Shown here: piece by piece, positions 46,188 through 55,409 of the stretch
How positions within the stretch are numbered: the first letter of the stretch is position 1
Layout of the letters: every line of letters starts with the position of its first letter
IMG/VR virus record: IMGVR_UViG_3300022074_005559
DNA: 64,000 nt
DNA from: a virus
Lineage: Duplodnaviria > Caudoviricetes
Direction: 5' to 3' (one strand)
Made by a program: the position numbers and the translations under genes
The notes under the pieces: model-generated
Told to the model about the DNA's origin: nothing
Database searches by the model: none
Seen by the model: only the letters and a program-made list of their open reading frames with translations

Positions 46188-47276
46188 ATGGGTACTGTTT
46201 ATATTGTGGACATCGAAGCGGTTGACACTCGCTACACAAAGCAATGGAAGGAACATCTTCCTGATCAGCTTCAACGTGCTCTAATACAGGATACCGCTAT
46301 TCTTGCAGAAGTTGAAGTGATTAGCGGCGGAGATGTTCCACAAGCAACTACACCTGGTGCTTTCCTAAACTTTGGAGGCACAAATGTATACAAGAGCAAT
46401 CAACTACAACAGATTGCTACACTGTTCTGTGAGGGCAAAGTTCGTAACGGAGATTACTTCTTGTATACGGATGCTTGGAACCCTACTGTTATCCAGTTAC
46501 GCTACATGGCTGAACTCCTTGGAGTTGACATACGCATTGGCGGCTTGTGGCATGCTGGTAGTTATGATCCACAGGACTTCCTAGGTAGATTAATAGGCAA
46601 TAAACCTTGGGTACGTTTTGCTGAACAAAGTATGTTTGAATGTTATGATGATAACTTCTTTGCTAGTCAGTTTCATATTGATATGTTCAGCAAAACCTTT
46701 AGTCTACAAAACAGAATCGTATCTGTACAGGATAAAATCAAACGTGTTGGTTGGCCCATGGAATATCTTAATACAGGGCTTGAACAATATAAAGGTATGG
46801 AAAAGCGTGATCTTATTCTTTTCCCACATCGTATTGCTCCAGAGAAACAACCTGAAATCTTCCGTGATCTTGCAGACAGTATGCCAGAGTATGAGTTTGT
46901 TGTGTGCCAAGAGAAAGAGCTTAGTAAAGTAGAATATCATAATCTACTAGGCGAAGCAAAGATGGTGTTCAGTGCAAACTTACAAGAAACACTGGGTATT
47001 AGTTGGTATGAAGGTGCTGTTGTAGGCGCACTGCCTATGGTTCCTAATAGACTAAGTTATAGTGAAATGGCGGACAGTGATTTCTTATATCCTAGTGAAT
47101 GGACTGAAAGTTATGATAAATACTTACAGCATAAACAAGACCTTATGCGTTTTATCAAAGACTATATGGAAAACTACACAAAGTTTCTCCCAGCACTCCA
47201 TACACAGGTTAAAAAACTAGAAACTGAATTCTTCAGTGGCAAAGCACTTTATAACAATATCCGAGAAAGTATCTAA
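46188..47276 (+). CDS. GT4/GT-B glycosyltransferase resembling DUF3524/GTDC1 (QTMAN) family
   Basis: ILFPHRIAPEKQPEIF; QETLGISWYEG..GALPMVPNRLSYSEM..FLYP. Confidence 0.7.
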   Translation: MGTVYIVDIEAVDTRYTKQWKEHLPDQLQRALIQDTAILAEVEVISGGDVPQATTPGAFLNFGGTNVYKSNQLQQIATLFCEGKVRNGDYFLYTDAWNPTVIQLRYMAELLGVDIRIGGLWHAGSYDPQDFLGRLIGNKPWVRFAEQSMFECYDDNFFASQFHIDMFSKTFSLQNRIVSVQDKIKRVGWPMEYLNTGLEQYKGMEKRDLILFPHRIAPEKQPEIFRDLADSMPEYEFVVCQEKELSKVEYHNLLGEAKMVFSANLQETLGISWYEGAVVGALPMVPNRLSYSEMADSDFLYPSEWTESYDKYLQHKQDLMRFIKDYMENYTKFLPALHTQVKKLETEFFSGKALYNNIRESI

Positions 47277-48505
47277 TGAATATAGCATTTATAGGCACAG
47301 GCAAACTAGGCATGCCTTGTGCTGAAGAAATAGCAAAAGCAGGTCATAGTGTAACAGGATATGATGTTGCTAAAGTAAAAAGTGAACTAGTTGAAGTCAA
47401 AGATACTATTGCAGAAGCAGTTAAGTTTGCAAAGATAGTTTTTGTAGCAGTTCCTACTCCGCATGATCCGGCATATGATGGTCGTGCTCCTACTGCACAT
47501 TTAGAACCAAAAGACTTTAGTTACGACATCGTTAAAGATGTACTGCGTGAGTGTGATAGAGTAATGAATCCTGCGCAGATGATTGTGCTTATTAGCACAG
47601 TACTACCTGGCACAGTTCGCAGAGAACTAGAACCTATTGTTACTAACACACGCTTTGTATACAATCCATATCTTATTGCTATGGGCAGTGTTGCTTGGGA
47701 CTTTGTAAATCCTGAAATGGTTATGATCGGTACAGAAGATGGTGACGAAACTGGAGATGCAAAAGAGCTAGTAAACTTTTATAAAACTGTTATTGAGAAT
47801 GATCCTAGATATGTAGTTGGTACTTGGGATGAATGCGAATGTATCAAAGTTTTTTATAACACATTTATCAGTACAAAACTTGGACTAGCAAATATGATAC
47901 AGGATGTTGCAATGAAGCAAGGCAATATCAATGTCGATGTAGTTACTGATGCACTTGCGAAAAGTACCAAACGCATTATGGGACCGCAGTATATGACTGC
48001 TGGCATGGGCGATGGCGGTGCTTGTCACCCACGTGATAACATTGCACTACGTTGGATGGCACAGGAACTTGGCTTAGGGTATGATATTTTTGATGCTATT
48101 ATGAATGCTCGTGAGATTCAAGCAAAGAATCTAGCAGAGTTTTTAGTAGCGCAAGCAAAGGAACACGATCTACCTGTGCTCATACACGGTGAAGCATACA
48201 AGCCAGATGTACCGTATAAAGACGGTAGTTACAGTATACTGGTAGAACATTATTGTAGAGAACTTGGTTATCATCCTATTATGGTAGATCCTCATACAAG
48301 TCCTCAGCGTGGTCCTTTCAAAGCAGTTGTACTACTTGGTCACAGTAATCAAGTAACCTACAAATACACAGAAAAAGAAACTACACAAACTTTCTATTGT
48401 CTGTTCGAAGAAGGCAGCGTAATCGTTGACCCATGGAGACTATATCGTAATGAAGAAAACAAGTATAAAATCATCCATTACGGAAACACACGACAGGTGG
48501 CATAA
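47276..48505 (+). CDS. UDP-glucose/GDP-mannose dehydrogenase family protein
   Basis: IGTGKLG, VAVPTP, STVLPGT, IKVFYN, GGACHPRD, YKPDV. Confidence 0.88.
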   Translation: MNIAFIGTGKLGMPCAEEIAKAGHSVTGYDVAKVKSELVEVKDTIAEAVKFAKIVFVAVPTPHDPAYDGRAPTAHLEPKDFSYDIVKDVLRECDRVMNPAQMIVLISTVLPGTVRRELEPIVTNTRFVYNPYLIAMGSVAWDFVNPEMVMIGTEDGDETGDAKELVNFYKTVIENDPRYVVGTWDECECIKVFYNTFISTKLGLANMIQDVAMKQGNINVDVVTDALAKSTKRIMGPQYMTAGMGDGGACHPRDNIALRWMAQELGLGYDIFDAIMNAREIQAKNLAEFLVAQAKEHDLPVLIHGEAYKPDVPYKDGSYSILVEHYCRELGYHPIMVDPHTSPQRGPFKAVVLLGHSNQVTYKYTEKETTQTFYCLFEEGSVIVDPWRLYRNEENKYKIIHYGNTRQVA

Positions 48506-49010
48506 AGGGCATATAGAACCTTTTTGGACCGCTAAAAGTTACAAAAAACTAAACTATCAGTTGTTTCCTTTTCCCAACGAAAAAGATCTAGTGATTTGGA
48601 GACGGCAAGGCTATGTACATCCTAGCACTCATTATAGCGGCATGCTTTGCGATATGAGAGAAACTCAAGCAGAATGGAACGACGATATTATCCAGTGGTT
48701 TGCAGATACATACAGTGCTAAAGACGTAGGTACAAGTTACTATCGTATGGGCACAGATGTTATATTGCCTACGCATCAAGATACATATTTTAGATACAGA
48801 GACCTATATAACACTGCATTAGAAGATTGTTTTCGTGTCATTATTTTTTTAGCAGACTGGAGTAGTGGGCACATGTTTGAAATAGACAATGCACCTGTTA
48901 CAAACTGGAAAGCAGGCGATTATGTTTATTGGGAAAGCGATGTGCCTCATATGGCGGCAAACATGGGTCTTGTAAAAAGATATACCCTGCAACTTACAGG
49001 TCACAAATGA
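48426..49010 (+). CDS. Fe(II)/2OG-type oxygenase-like protein
   Basis: PTHQD, PHMAAN, RYTLQLTG; similar to 8284 protein. Confidence 0.6.
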   Translation: MTHGDYIVMKKTSIKSSITETHDRWHKGHIEPFWTAKSYKKLNYQLFPFPNEKDLVIWRRQGYVHPSTHYSGMLCDMRETQAEWNDDIIQWFADTYSAKDVGTSYYRMGTDVILPTHQDTYFRYRDLYNTALEDCFRVIIFLADWSSGHMFEIDNAPVTNWKAGDYVYWESDVPHMAANMGLVKRYTLQLTGHK

Positions 49011-49612
49011 CATTAACTTATGATACACTAAAGCAGTTTGAAAGTGTACTAAGTGATTATACAGGCGCACCTTATGTTGTGCTAACTGACTGCTGCACAC
49101 ATGCATTAGAACTTTGTTTTAGATACAAAAATCCAGGTCCTGTAACATGCAATGCGCACACATATCTCAGTGTTCCTATGATGTTACACAAGTTAAATAT
49201 TCCTTTCTTTTGGGATCATGAACCGTGGGAATATGAATACAGGTTAGCACCAAGCAACATCTGGGATAGTGCAAGAGGACTAAAACAAGGAATGTATCGT
49301 GCAGGAGCATTACAATGCCTTAGTTTTGGAAACAGTAAAAGATTAGAACTACAAGCCGGCGGTGCTATTCTTACAAGTAACAAACAGGATTATATTGCCT
49401 TAAAGCGTATGGCATATGATGGCAGAGATTTAGATATCACGCCGTGGCAATCACAAGAATCATTTAGCGTAGGATATCATTATGGCATGAGATTAGAAAC
49501 TGCCAAAAGAGGTATTGAAATGCTAACAAATGGTAACCTTAAAGACTTACAAACACAAGCAGTAACTTATCCTGATTGCAGTCTAATAAAGATTGACACA
49601 TTACCTAAATAA
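49007..49612 (+). CDS. Short DegT/DnrJ/EryC1/StrS-family PLP aminotransferase
   Basis: DCCTHALEL, WDSA, CLSFGNSK (PLP Lys), GGAILT, GYHY; only 201 aa. Confidence 0.75.
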   Translation: MTLTYDTLKQFESVLSDYTGAPYVVLTDCCTHALELCFRYKNPGPVTCNAHTYLSVPMMLHKLNIPFFWDHEPWEYEYRLAPSNIWDSARGLKQGMYRAGALQCLSFGNSKRLELQAGGAILTSNKQDYIALKRMAYDGRDLDITPWQSQESFSVGYHYGMRLETAKRGIEMLTNGNLKDLQTQAVTYPDCSLIKIDTLPK

Positions 49613-49621
49613 TCATATAAT
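49593..49621 (+). promoter_or_regulatory. Perfect sigma70 consensus promoter
   Basis: TTGACA-17nt-TATAAT upstream of folE. Confidence 0.8.
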
Positions 49622-49660
49622 ATAACACAGTGACACACCACTATAACTCGGAGAAAAAAT

Positions 49661-50347
49661 ATGACAACAAGTAACGTAATAACACAACGCCTACGCAATG
49701 CAGGTGCTAGGTATTGGGCAAGTGACAACATTGCCTCTTATCTATATGAAGGTGAAAAAGAACAGCTCATAGACGAACTTACTACTAAGTTTGAAGATGT
49801 ACTGGATAGCCTTATTATTGATCGTGCAAACGATCCTAACAGCAATGACACAGGCAGACGCCTTGCAAAGATGTACATCAACGAATTAATGAGCGGTCGT
49901 TATGATCCTATGCCCAACGCAACTGCATTTCCTAATCATGTCGAAGAAGGCTACAAAGGCATGCTGGTGGTGCGCAGTGAACTTAAGAGTGTGTGTTCGC
50001 ATCATCACCAGCCTGTGAGTGGCGTGGCATACATTGGTATTATTGCTGCAGAAAAACTTATTGGACTAAGCAAGTATACACGCATTGCACAATGGTGTGC
50101 TAGACGCGGTACACTACAAGAAGAACTTTGCAACGATATTGCTCGTGAGATTATGGATGCAACCGGCAGTGAAAATGTAGGTGTTTACATCCAAGCAACA
50201 CACGGTTGTTGTGAGAATAGAGGCATTATGGCACATAGCAGTCTAACACAAACTACTGTGCTAGAAGGTGCATTTACTGAAGATGCAGGTACAAAGAAAG
50301 AGTTTTTCGATAACATTAAACTCCAACAAGAGTTTGCACCTAGATAA
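49661..50347 (+). CDS. folE: GTP cyclohydrolase I
   Basis: TGRRLAKM, SVCSHHHQP, GLSKYTRI, LQEEL, HGCCENRG. Confidence 0.95.
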   Translation: MTTSNVITQRLRNAGARYWASDNIASYLYEGEKEQLIDELTTKFEDVLDSLIIDRANDPNSNDTGRRLAKMYINELMSGRYDPMPNATAFPNHVEEGYKGMLVVRSELKSVCSHHHQPVSGVAYIGIIAAEKLIGLSKYTRIAQWCARRGTLQEELCNDIAREIMDATGSENVGVYIQATHGCCENRGIMAHSSLTQTTVLEGAFTEDAGTKKEFFDNIKLQQEFAPR

Positions 50348-51375
50348 TGTATACAGATCTAAGTAACTACTTGTGCGGAAAAACACAACTACCTGTTCTA
50401 CCAAGTTCGATAGATATTGACTTGACTAACGTGTGTAATCAGGATTGTTTTTATTGCAATAGTGCAGACTTTAGAGCAAACTTCTTAACTACGCCAAACA
50501 AAGAAAGATTTATCGAACTTATAGATAGACTTGCAGATTGGCGTAGTCATACACCTTTGAGTGTAGGCACTGTGCGTAGCATTAACTTTACTGGCGGTGG
50601 GGAGCCTACTGTACACCCTCACTATCACGAAATCGTAGAGTACGCTATCGACAAAGGTTTTCTTGTAACTATGATTACTAATGCAAGTAAACTTGATAGA
50701 TTAGCAAAACACTTACCAAGAGAAAAAGCACAGCGTATCATTTGGATTGGTGTTGATGTAGACAGTGCAGTTGATACCACTTACGAACGTGTTAGACGTA
50801 GTATGACAACTTTTGATATGCTACCTAGAGTCAAAGAAAATATTAAACTTGCAGTAGATGCAGGTATTAATGTTGATATCAAAGCTCTGCTTATGAAAAA
50901 TAACACAAGCGATGCAGAACTACAAGCATTGTTTGATATGGTTAAAGACACAGGTGCAAGACAGTTACACATAAGACCTTTGTTTGATTTAGAAACACAA
51001 AAAATATTCGAAGTTACAGAAAGTCTAAAGCAAAAGATTAAAGCAATATCTACACTAACTAACGTAGAGTACAACTTGCCCGAAAACAGGAAAGAAACTA
51101 GAACCTATAGTAAATGCCATCAAATGTTTTTGTATACAATCTTTGCCGCTAATGGAGATGTAAATGTTTGTTGCGAAAGCAGAGGTGATCGTAGTTTTAC
51201 TATTGGCAACTGGCTAGAGCAAGATCCAAGAGATTTTTGGATGGGCGAACGGCATATGCAAGTATACAATAAAACTAACACTATGCTTTGCCCGCCTTGT
51301 AAACCTAACAAGATTAATAACATCATCCAGAAAGACATAGACAACGACGCTTTGCTTGAAAGGCAAATAATGTGA
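50347..51375 (+). CDS. Radical SAM protein with C-terminal SPASM/twitch domain
   Basis: CNQDCFYC, FTGGGEPT, ITNA; KC..NVCC..CPPC. Confidence 0.85.
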   Translation: MYTDLSNYLCGKTQLPVLPSSIDIDLTNVCNQDCFYCNSADFRANFLTTPNKERFIELIDRLADWRSHTPLSVGTVRSINFTGGGEPTVHPHYHEIVEYAIDKGFLVTMITNASKLDRLAKHLPREKAQRIIWIGVDVDSAVDTTYERVRRSMTTFDMLPRVKENIKLAVDAGINVDIKALLMKNNTSDAELQALFDMVKDTGARQLHIRPLFDLETQKIFEVTESLKQKIKAISTLTNVEYNLPENRKETRTYSKCHQMFLYTIFAANGDVNVCCESRGDRSFTIGNWLEQDPRDFWMGERHMQVYNKTNTMLCPPCKPNKINNIIQKDIDNDALLERQIM

Positions 51376-52298
51376 TTGTTGCTCGTAGTCCTTTGCGTGT
51401 TAGTTTTGCCGGCGGAGGTAGTGACCTTTCGCCGTTTGTAGATACCTATGGCGGTAGTAATCTTAATGCTACAATAGATAGATATGCATACTGTACAATA
51501 GAACCAGCAGACACTTATTCAACAAACGTACCTGAAATAGTGGACCATTGTGTGGACTATGTTTGCCCTCAAAGACCTCGCAGTAAAATCATACTACACA
51601 GCGACACAGAACAAGGCAGTGGACTTGGAAGCAGTAGTGCATTGGTTGTTGCATGCATGAAAGCACTAGGATATCAAGGCACACAAAAAGAGCTTGCTGA
51701 AGATGCAATCTATGTAGAACGTAAGTTGTGCGGATTTCCTGGTGGTAAACAAGATCAGTTTGCTACAGTATACGGCGGATTTAACTATATAGAGTTTGAC
51801 AAAGACGGCACTAATACTATCAGTCAGATTCATCTAAGCGACGAAGCCAAACGTAAACTTAACTATAGCCTAATATTATACAACATTGGTGTTAGCAGAA
51901 CAAACAACACAGTGCTAGATCGTAATATAGAAGGTCTTAAAAATAACACTGCAATGATTGAAAGCACAAAAGAGCTTGTGCAAAACTGTAGCGAAACACT
52001 TCAGTATTTGGTAACCGGAAACCTAAAGAAACTTGCATACAGTTTTGAAAAGAACTGGGAGATCAAAGCAGATTTGCATAGTGGTATTACTAGTAATCCG
52101 TTCGTCGAAGTCAAAGATACAGGAATCAAAAATGGTGCGTTAGGTAGTAAAATATGCGGTGCCGGAGGTGGTGGTCATATGATATTTGTAGTAGATCCGT
52201 TAGAACGACACAGCCTACTTAAAGCATTACAACCTTTGCCTGGACACGTTGAACATTTTTCGTTTACAAATACAGGATGTGAAAGTTGGGAACAATAG
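51372..52298 (+). CDS. GHMP sugar kinase (HddA heptose-7-phosphate kinase-like)
   Basis: SPLRVSFAGGGSD, GSGLGSSSA, GGKQDQ, KICGAGGGG. Confidence 0.85.
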   Translation: MIVARSPLRVSFAGGGSDLSPFVDTYGGSNLNATIDRYAYCTIEPADTYSTNVPEIVDHCVDYVCPQRPRSKIILHSDTEQGSGLGSSSALVVACMKALGYQGTQKELAEDAIYVERKLCGFPGGKQDQFATVYGGFNYIEFDKDGTNTISQIHLSDEAKRKLNYSLILYNIGVSRTNNTVLDRNIEGLKNNTAMIESTKELVQNCSETLQYLVTGNLKKLAYSFEKNWEIKADLHSGITSNPFVEVKDTGIKNGALGSKICGAGGGGHMIFVVDPLERHSLLKALQPLPGHVEHFSFTNTGCESWEQ

Positions 52299-52636
52299 AA
52301 GAACATCCTAAGGGCTGGGGCAGAGAACTTTGGATTGTAAACACCAATGGATATTGCGGAAAGATATTAGAGTTTGATGTAGGTAAACGTTGTAGTTTTC
52401 ACTATCACTTGCTAAAAGATGAGACATTTTATCTTCAAGAAGGCAGCATAGAACTACATACTAGTTGGGAAGATGACTTATCCAATGCAGAAAAAACCGT
52501 GTTAAAGCCAGGTGATAAGTATCATATACCACAAGGACTTAGACATCAAATGGTTGCACTAGAATCAAGTAAACTGTTTGAGTTTAGCACTACACATTAT
52601 GAATCAGATAGCTATCGAGTAGTCAAAGGCGACTAA
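52286..52636 (+). CDS. Cupin, sugar isomerase-like
   Basis: KGWGRELW, SFHYH..KDETF, GLRH. Confidence 0.75.
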   Translation: MGTIEEHPKGWGRELWIVNTNGYCGKILEFDVGKRCSFHYHLLKDETFYLQEGSIELHTSWEDDLSNAEKTVLKPGDKYHIPQGLRHQMVALESSKLFEFSTTHYESDSYRVVKGD

Positions 52637-53511
52637 TGAAAATCTCTACACATAACGAATGGGCACCTCTTAAAGAGGTAGTAGTTGGAATGGCAGCAGG
52701 TGCTAACAAGCCTGATGGTTGTCATTTTGAAAAGCCAGGTGCATACCCCGGACATGTTACTGCACAAGCAGACATGGACTTGGATCGCTTTGCTCGCACA
52801 CTAGAACAAGAAGGTGTAAAAGTACACAGACCCAAGTACAATAACTTTGCACAAACTGCTGGCATGTACAACTACTGCCCACGAGATAGACTGTTAGTAG
52901 TTGGTAATACTGTTGTTGATTGTAATATGCAATATCCATGCAGAGAACAAGAGAGCAGATACTATGATTTTGTTCTCAAAAGTGCAAAAAATGTGCTTAC
53001 AGTGCCTCGCAACAGTAGAGTATTTTTTGATGCAGCTAATGTTCTTAGGCTTAACAAAACATTACTTTATCTAGTAAGCCCAAGTGGCAACCGCCAGGGT
53101 GCAAAATGGTTGCAAAAACATTTTAAAGAGTATACAATAGAAATAACTGAAACATACAGTGGTATTCATATTGACAGTACATTTGCTCCTGTAGCAGATG
53201 GACTTGTTGTAGTAAACAAGGATCGTGTTACAAAGCGAACTTTACCACAATGTTTTAAAGATTGGGAGGTGATTTGGCTTGGTGCTGAAGATCTTCCGAA
53301 TAAGAGTTTTGCAGGGCAGGCTTTTGCCAGCAACTATATACTGCTTAACTTTTTTATGATCCGTCCTAACTTGGCGGTGATAGATGATGCGCCAAAACTT
53401 AAACAGGCGTTATCAGCAAATGGTGTTGACAGTTATACAATACCATTTACACACAGTCGTACACTTGGTGGTGGTCACCATTGTTGTACTTTAGATCTAC
53501 ATAGGAGATAA
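52636..53511 (+). CDS. Amidinotransferase (StrB1/glycine amidinotransferase family)
   Basis: NEWAPLKEVVVG, YCPRD, FDAAN, HIDST, GGGHHCCT. Confidence 0.85.
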   Translation: MKISTHNEWAPLKEVVVGMAAGANKPDGCHFEKPGAYPGHVTAQADMDLDRFARTLEQEGVKVHRPKYNNFAQTAGMYNYCPRDRLLVVGNTVVDCNMQYPCREQESRYYDFVLKSAKNVLTVPRNSRVFFDAANVLRLNKTLLYLVSPSGNRQGAKWLQKHFKEYTIEITETYSGIHIDSTFAPVADGLVVVNKDRVTKRTLPQCFKDWEVIWLGAEDLPNKSFAGQAFASNYILLNFFMIRPNLAVIDDAPKLKQALSANGVDSYTIPFTHSRTLGGGHHCCTLDLHRR

Positions 53512-53514
53512 AAT

Positions 53515-54804
53515 ATGTTAGAAAAAATGTTTGGACTTGCCAAAGCAGGAACCTCAGTTAAAACTGAAGTGATGGCTGGCATTGCAACATTCCTGACAAT
53601 GGCTTACATTACAGTAGTCAACCCTGCTATTCTTTCAACTGAAGGAACTGGTATGGCGTTTGGTGCTGTGTTTACTGCAACTATTATTGCGGCAGTAGTG
53701 GGCACATTGATTATGGGACTATGGGCAAACTGGCCCATTGCACTTGCACCTGGTATGGGACTTAATGCGTTCTTTGCTTTTGGTGTAGTGTTTGGTATGG
53801 GTTACACATATCAACAAGCACTTGCCGCTGTATTTGTAGCAGGTATTGTGTTTATTGCACTCAGTGTTACGCCGGCACGAAAGTACATTATTAATAGTAT
53901 TCCCAAGAGTATGAAACTGGGTATCGGTGCAGGCATTGGCTTGTTCCTTGCTATTATTGGACTCAAGAACGCTGGCGTTGTTGTAGATAATCCTGCGACA
54001 TTAGTTGGTCTAGGTGACGTTGCTAGTGTACCAGTATTGCTTGCAGGCTTAGGCTTTGCGATCATGGCAATCCTAGACAAGCGCGGAGTACCAGGAAGTA
54101 TTATCATTGGCATCCTTGCTACAAGTATTATTGCTTGGGTATTTGGTGTTTCTGATCTTGCTGGTGTAGTTGGTGCTATTCCTAGCCCAGAGCATGCATT
54201 TAGCATGGACTTTAGTTTGCTGTTCACAGCAGGCTTTATTGGAACTGCTTTTGCATTCTTGTTTGTTGACTTTATGGATACAGCAGGCACACTTACCAGT
54301 GTTGCTAACTTGACAGGAAAAGTGAACAAAGATGGCGAAGTAGAAGGCATTGATCGTGCATTGCTTGCTGACTCAGTTGCTACCTCAGTGGGTGCATTGG
54401 CAGGAACAAGTAACACTACTTCATACATTGAAAGTGGTGCAGGTGTCAAAGAAGGCGGACGTACAGGACTAACAGCAGTTGTTGTTGCTGGTTTATTCTT
54501 GTTGTGTTTGGTGTTTGCACCTCTAGCACAGAGCATTCCTGCATTTGCAACAGCACCTGCATTGGTGTTTATTGCAACATATTTCCTACGCAATATTGCA
54601 GATATTGCATGGGACGATGTAACAGAGTATGCACCTGCGGTTTTAGCAGCTATTATCATGCCACTAACATTTAGTATCGCATATGGTATTGCTATTGGTT
54701 TTATTGCTTATGTTGTTATTAAAGCACTAAGTGGTAACACCACAGACATTAACAAAGGCAGTGTTGCACTTGCCGCTGTTAGTGTACTCTACTTCTTGGT
54801 GTAA
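53515..54804 (+). CDS. NCS2/AzgA-family purine permease
   Basis: EVMAGIATFLTMAYI, APGMGLNAFF, DFMDTAGT, YIESGAG..GGRTGLT. Confidence 0.93.
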   Translation: MLEKMFGLAKAGTSVKTEVMAGIATFLTMAYITVVNPAILSTEGTGMAFGAVFTATIIAAVVGTLIMGLWANWPIALAPGMGLNAFFAFGVVFGMGYTYQQALAAVFVAGIVFIALSVTPARKYIINSIPKSMKLGIGAGIGLFLAIIGLKNAGVVVDNPATLVGLGDVASVPVLLAGLGFAIMAILDKRGVPGSIIIGILATSIIAWVFGVSDLAGVVGAIPSPEHAFSMDFSLLFTAGFIGTAFAFLFVDFMDTAGTLTSVANLTGKVNKDGEVEGIDRALLADSVATSVGALAGTSNTTSYIESGAGVKEGGRTGLTAVVVAGLFLLCLVFAPLAQSIPAFATAPALVFIATYFLRNIADIAWDDVTEYAPAVLAAIIMPLTFSIAYGIAIGFIAYVVIKALSGNTTDINKGSVALAAVSVLYFLV

Positions 54805-55103
54805 TGACTGAGAAGCTCATACCAGGGGAGGCTCTTATATACGAGAGTTATAATGGCGTAGTTTACGCTAGGTATAGAGATCCTCCCCATAATGAAAAAC
54901 CTCGGTGGGTTGTCGGTGGCGATCCTCGAGGTTTTATTAATGGCACAAGTATACCCAGAGATAGAGTAGGATTAAGTGATTTCGACAACGTTATCCCGGA
55001 TTGGAAAATGTTGCAAGAATACCCTGCACTACAAAGAAAATATGTAGAATATTTACAACTACAAGAAAAGTATAAGACATGGGAGACTCTCAGTGGGAAA
55101 TGA
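54804..55103 (+). CDS. Hypothetical protein
   Basis: 99 aa, coupled to neighbours. Confidence 0.55.
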   Translation: MTEKLIPGEALIYESYNGVVYARYRDPPHNEKPRWVVGGDPRGFINGTSIPRDRVGLSDFDNVIPDWKMLQEYPALQRKYVEYLQLQEKYKTWETLSGK

Positions 55104-55353
55104 TGATTTTAGTTTAACATCAGCCGAAATCGAAAAGATTACACTGGATCTTGAAGAATGGGACAAAATGGCTTGTGCAGATGATTATATCAACGTAAGT
55201 ATTATCGATCCTATCTACCAAAGTGTACAAGAAACAGAACGTGAACTTAAAGAAAAACACCTCAGAGAGCAACACATAGACTTACAAAACGCATACAATG
55301 AGTACATAAAACTGTTAGCAAAGTACGACTTCTGGGAAACACTAAACAAATAG
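55093..55353 (+). CDS. Hypothetical protein
   Basis: 86 aa; C-terminus resembles that of the preceding ORF (Y.EY..L..KY..WETL). Confidence 0.5.
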   Translation: MGNDDFSLTSAEIEKITLDLEEWDKMACADDYINVSIIDPIYQSVQETERELKEKHLREQHIDLQNAYNEYIKLLAKYDFWETLNK

Positions 55354-55354
55354 G

Positions 55355-55382
55355 TTGACAAATCTTGCATTTTCGCTATACT
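55355..55382 (+). promoter_or_regulatory. Sigma70-type promoter
   Basis: TTGACA-16nt-(GC)TATACT. Confidence 0.65.
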
Positions 55383-55409
55383 TGTATAGTAATAAGAGTG
55401 TAGGAGAGT

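Noticed and set aside
49622-49660. THF-II/folE riboswitch in the folE leader
   Set aside because: Leader is only ~35 nt with a 4-bp stem (AGTG/CACT), too short for the known motif
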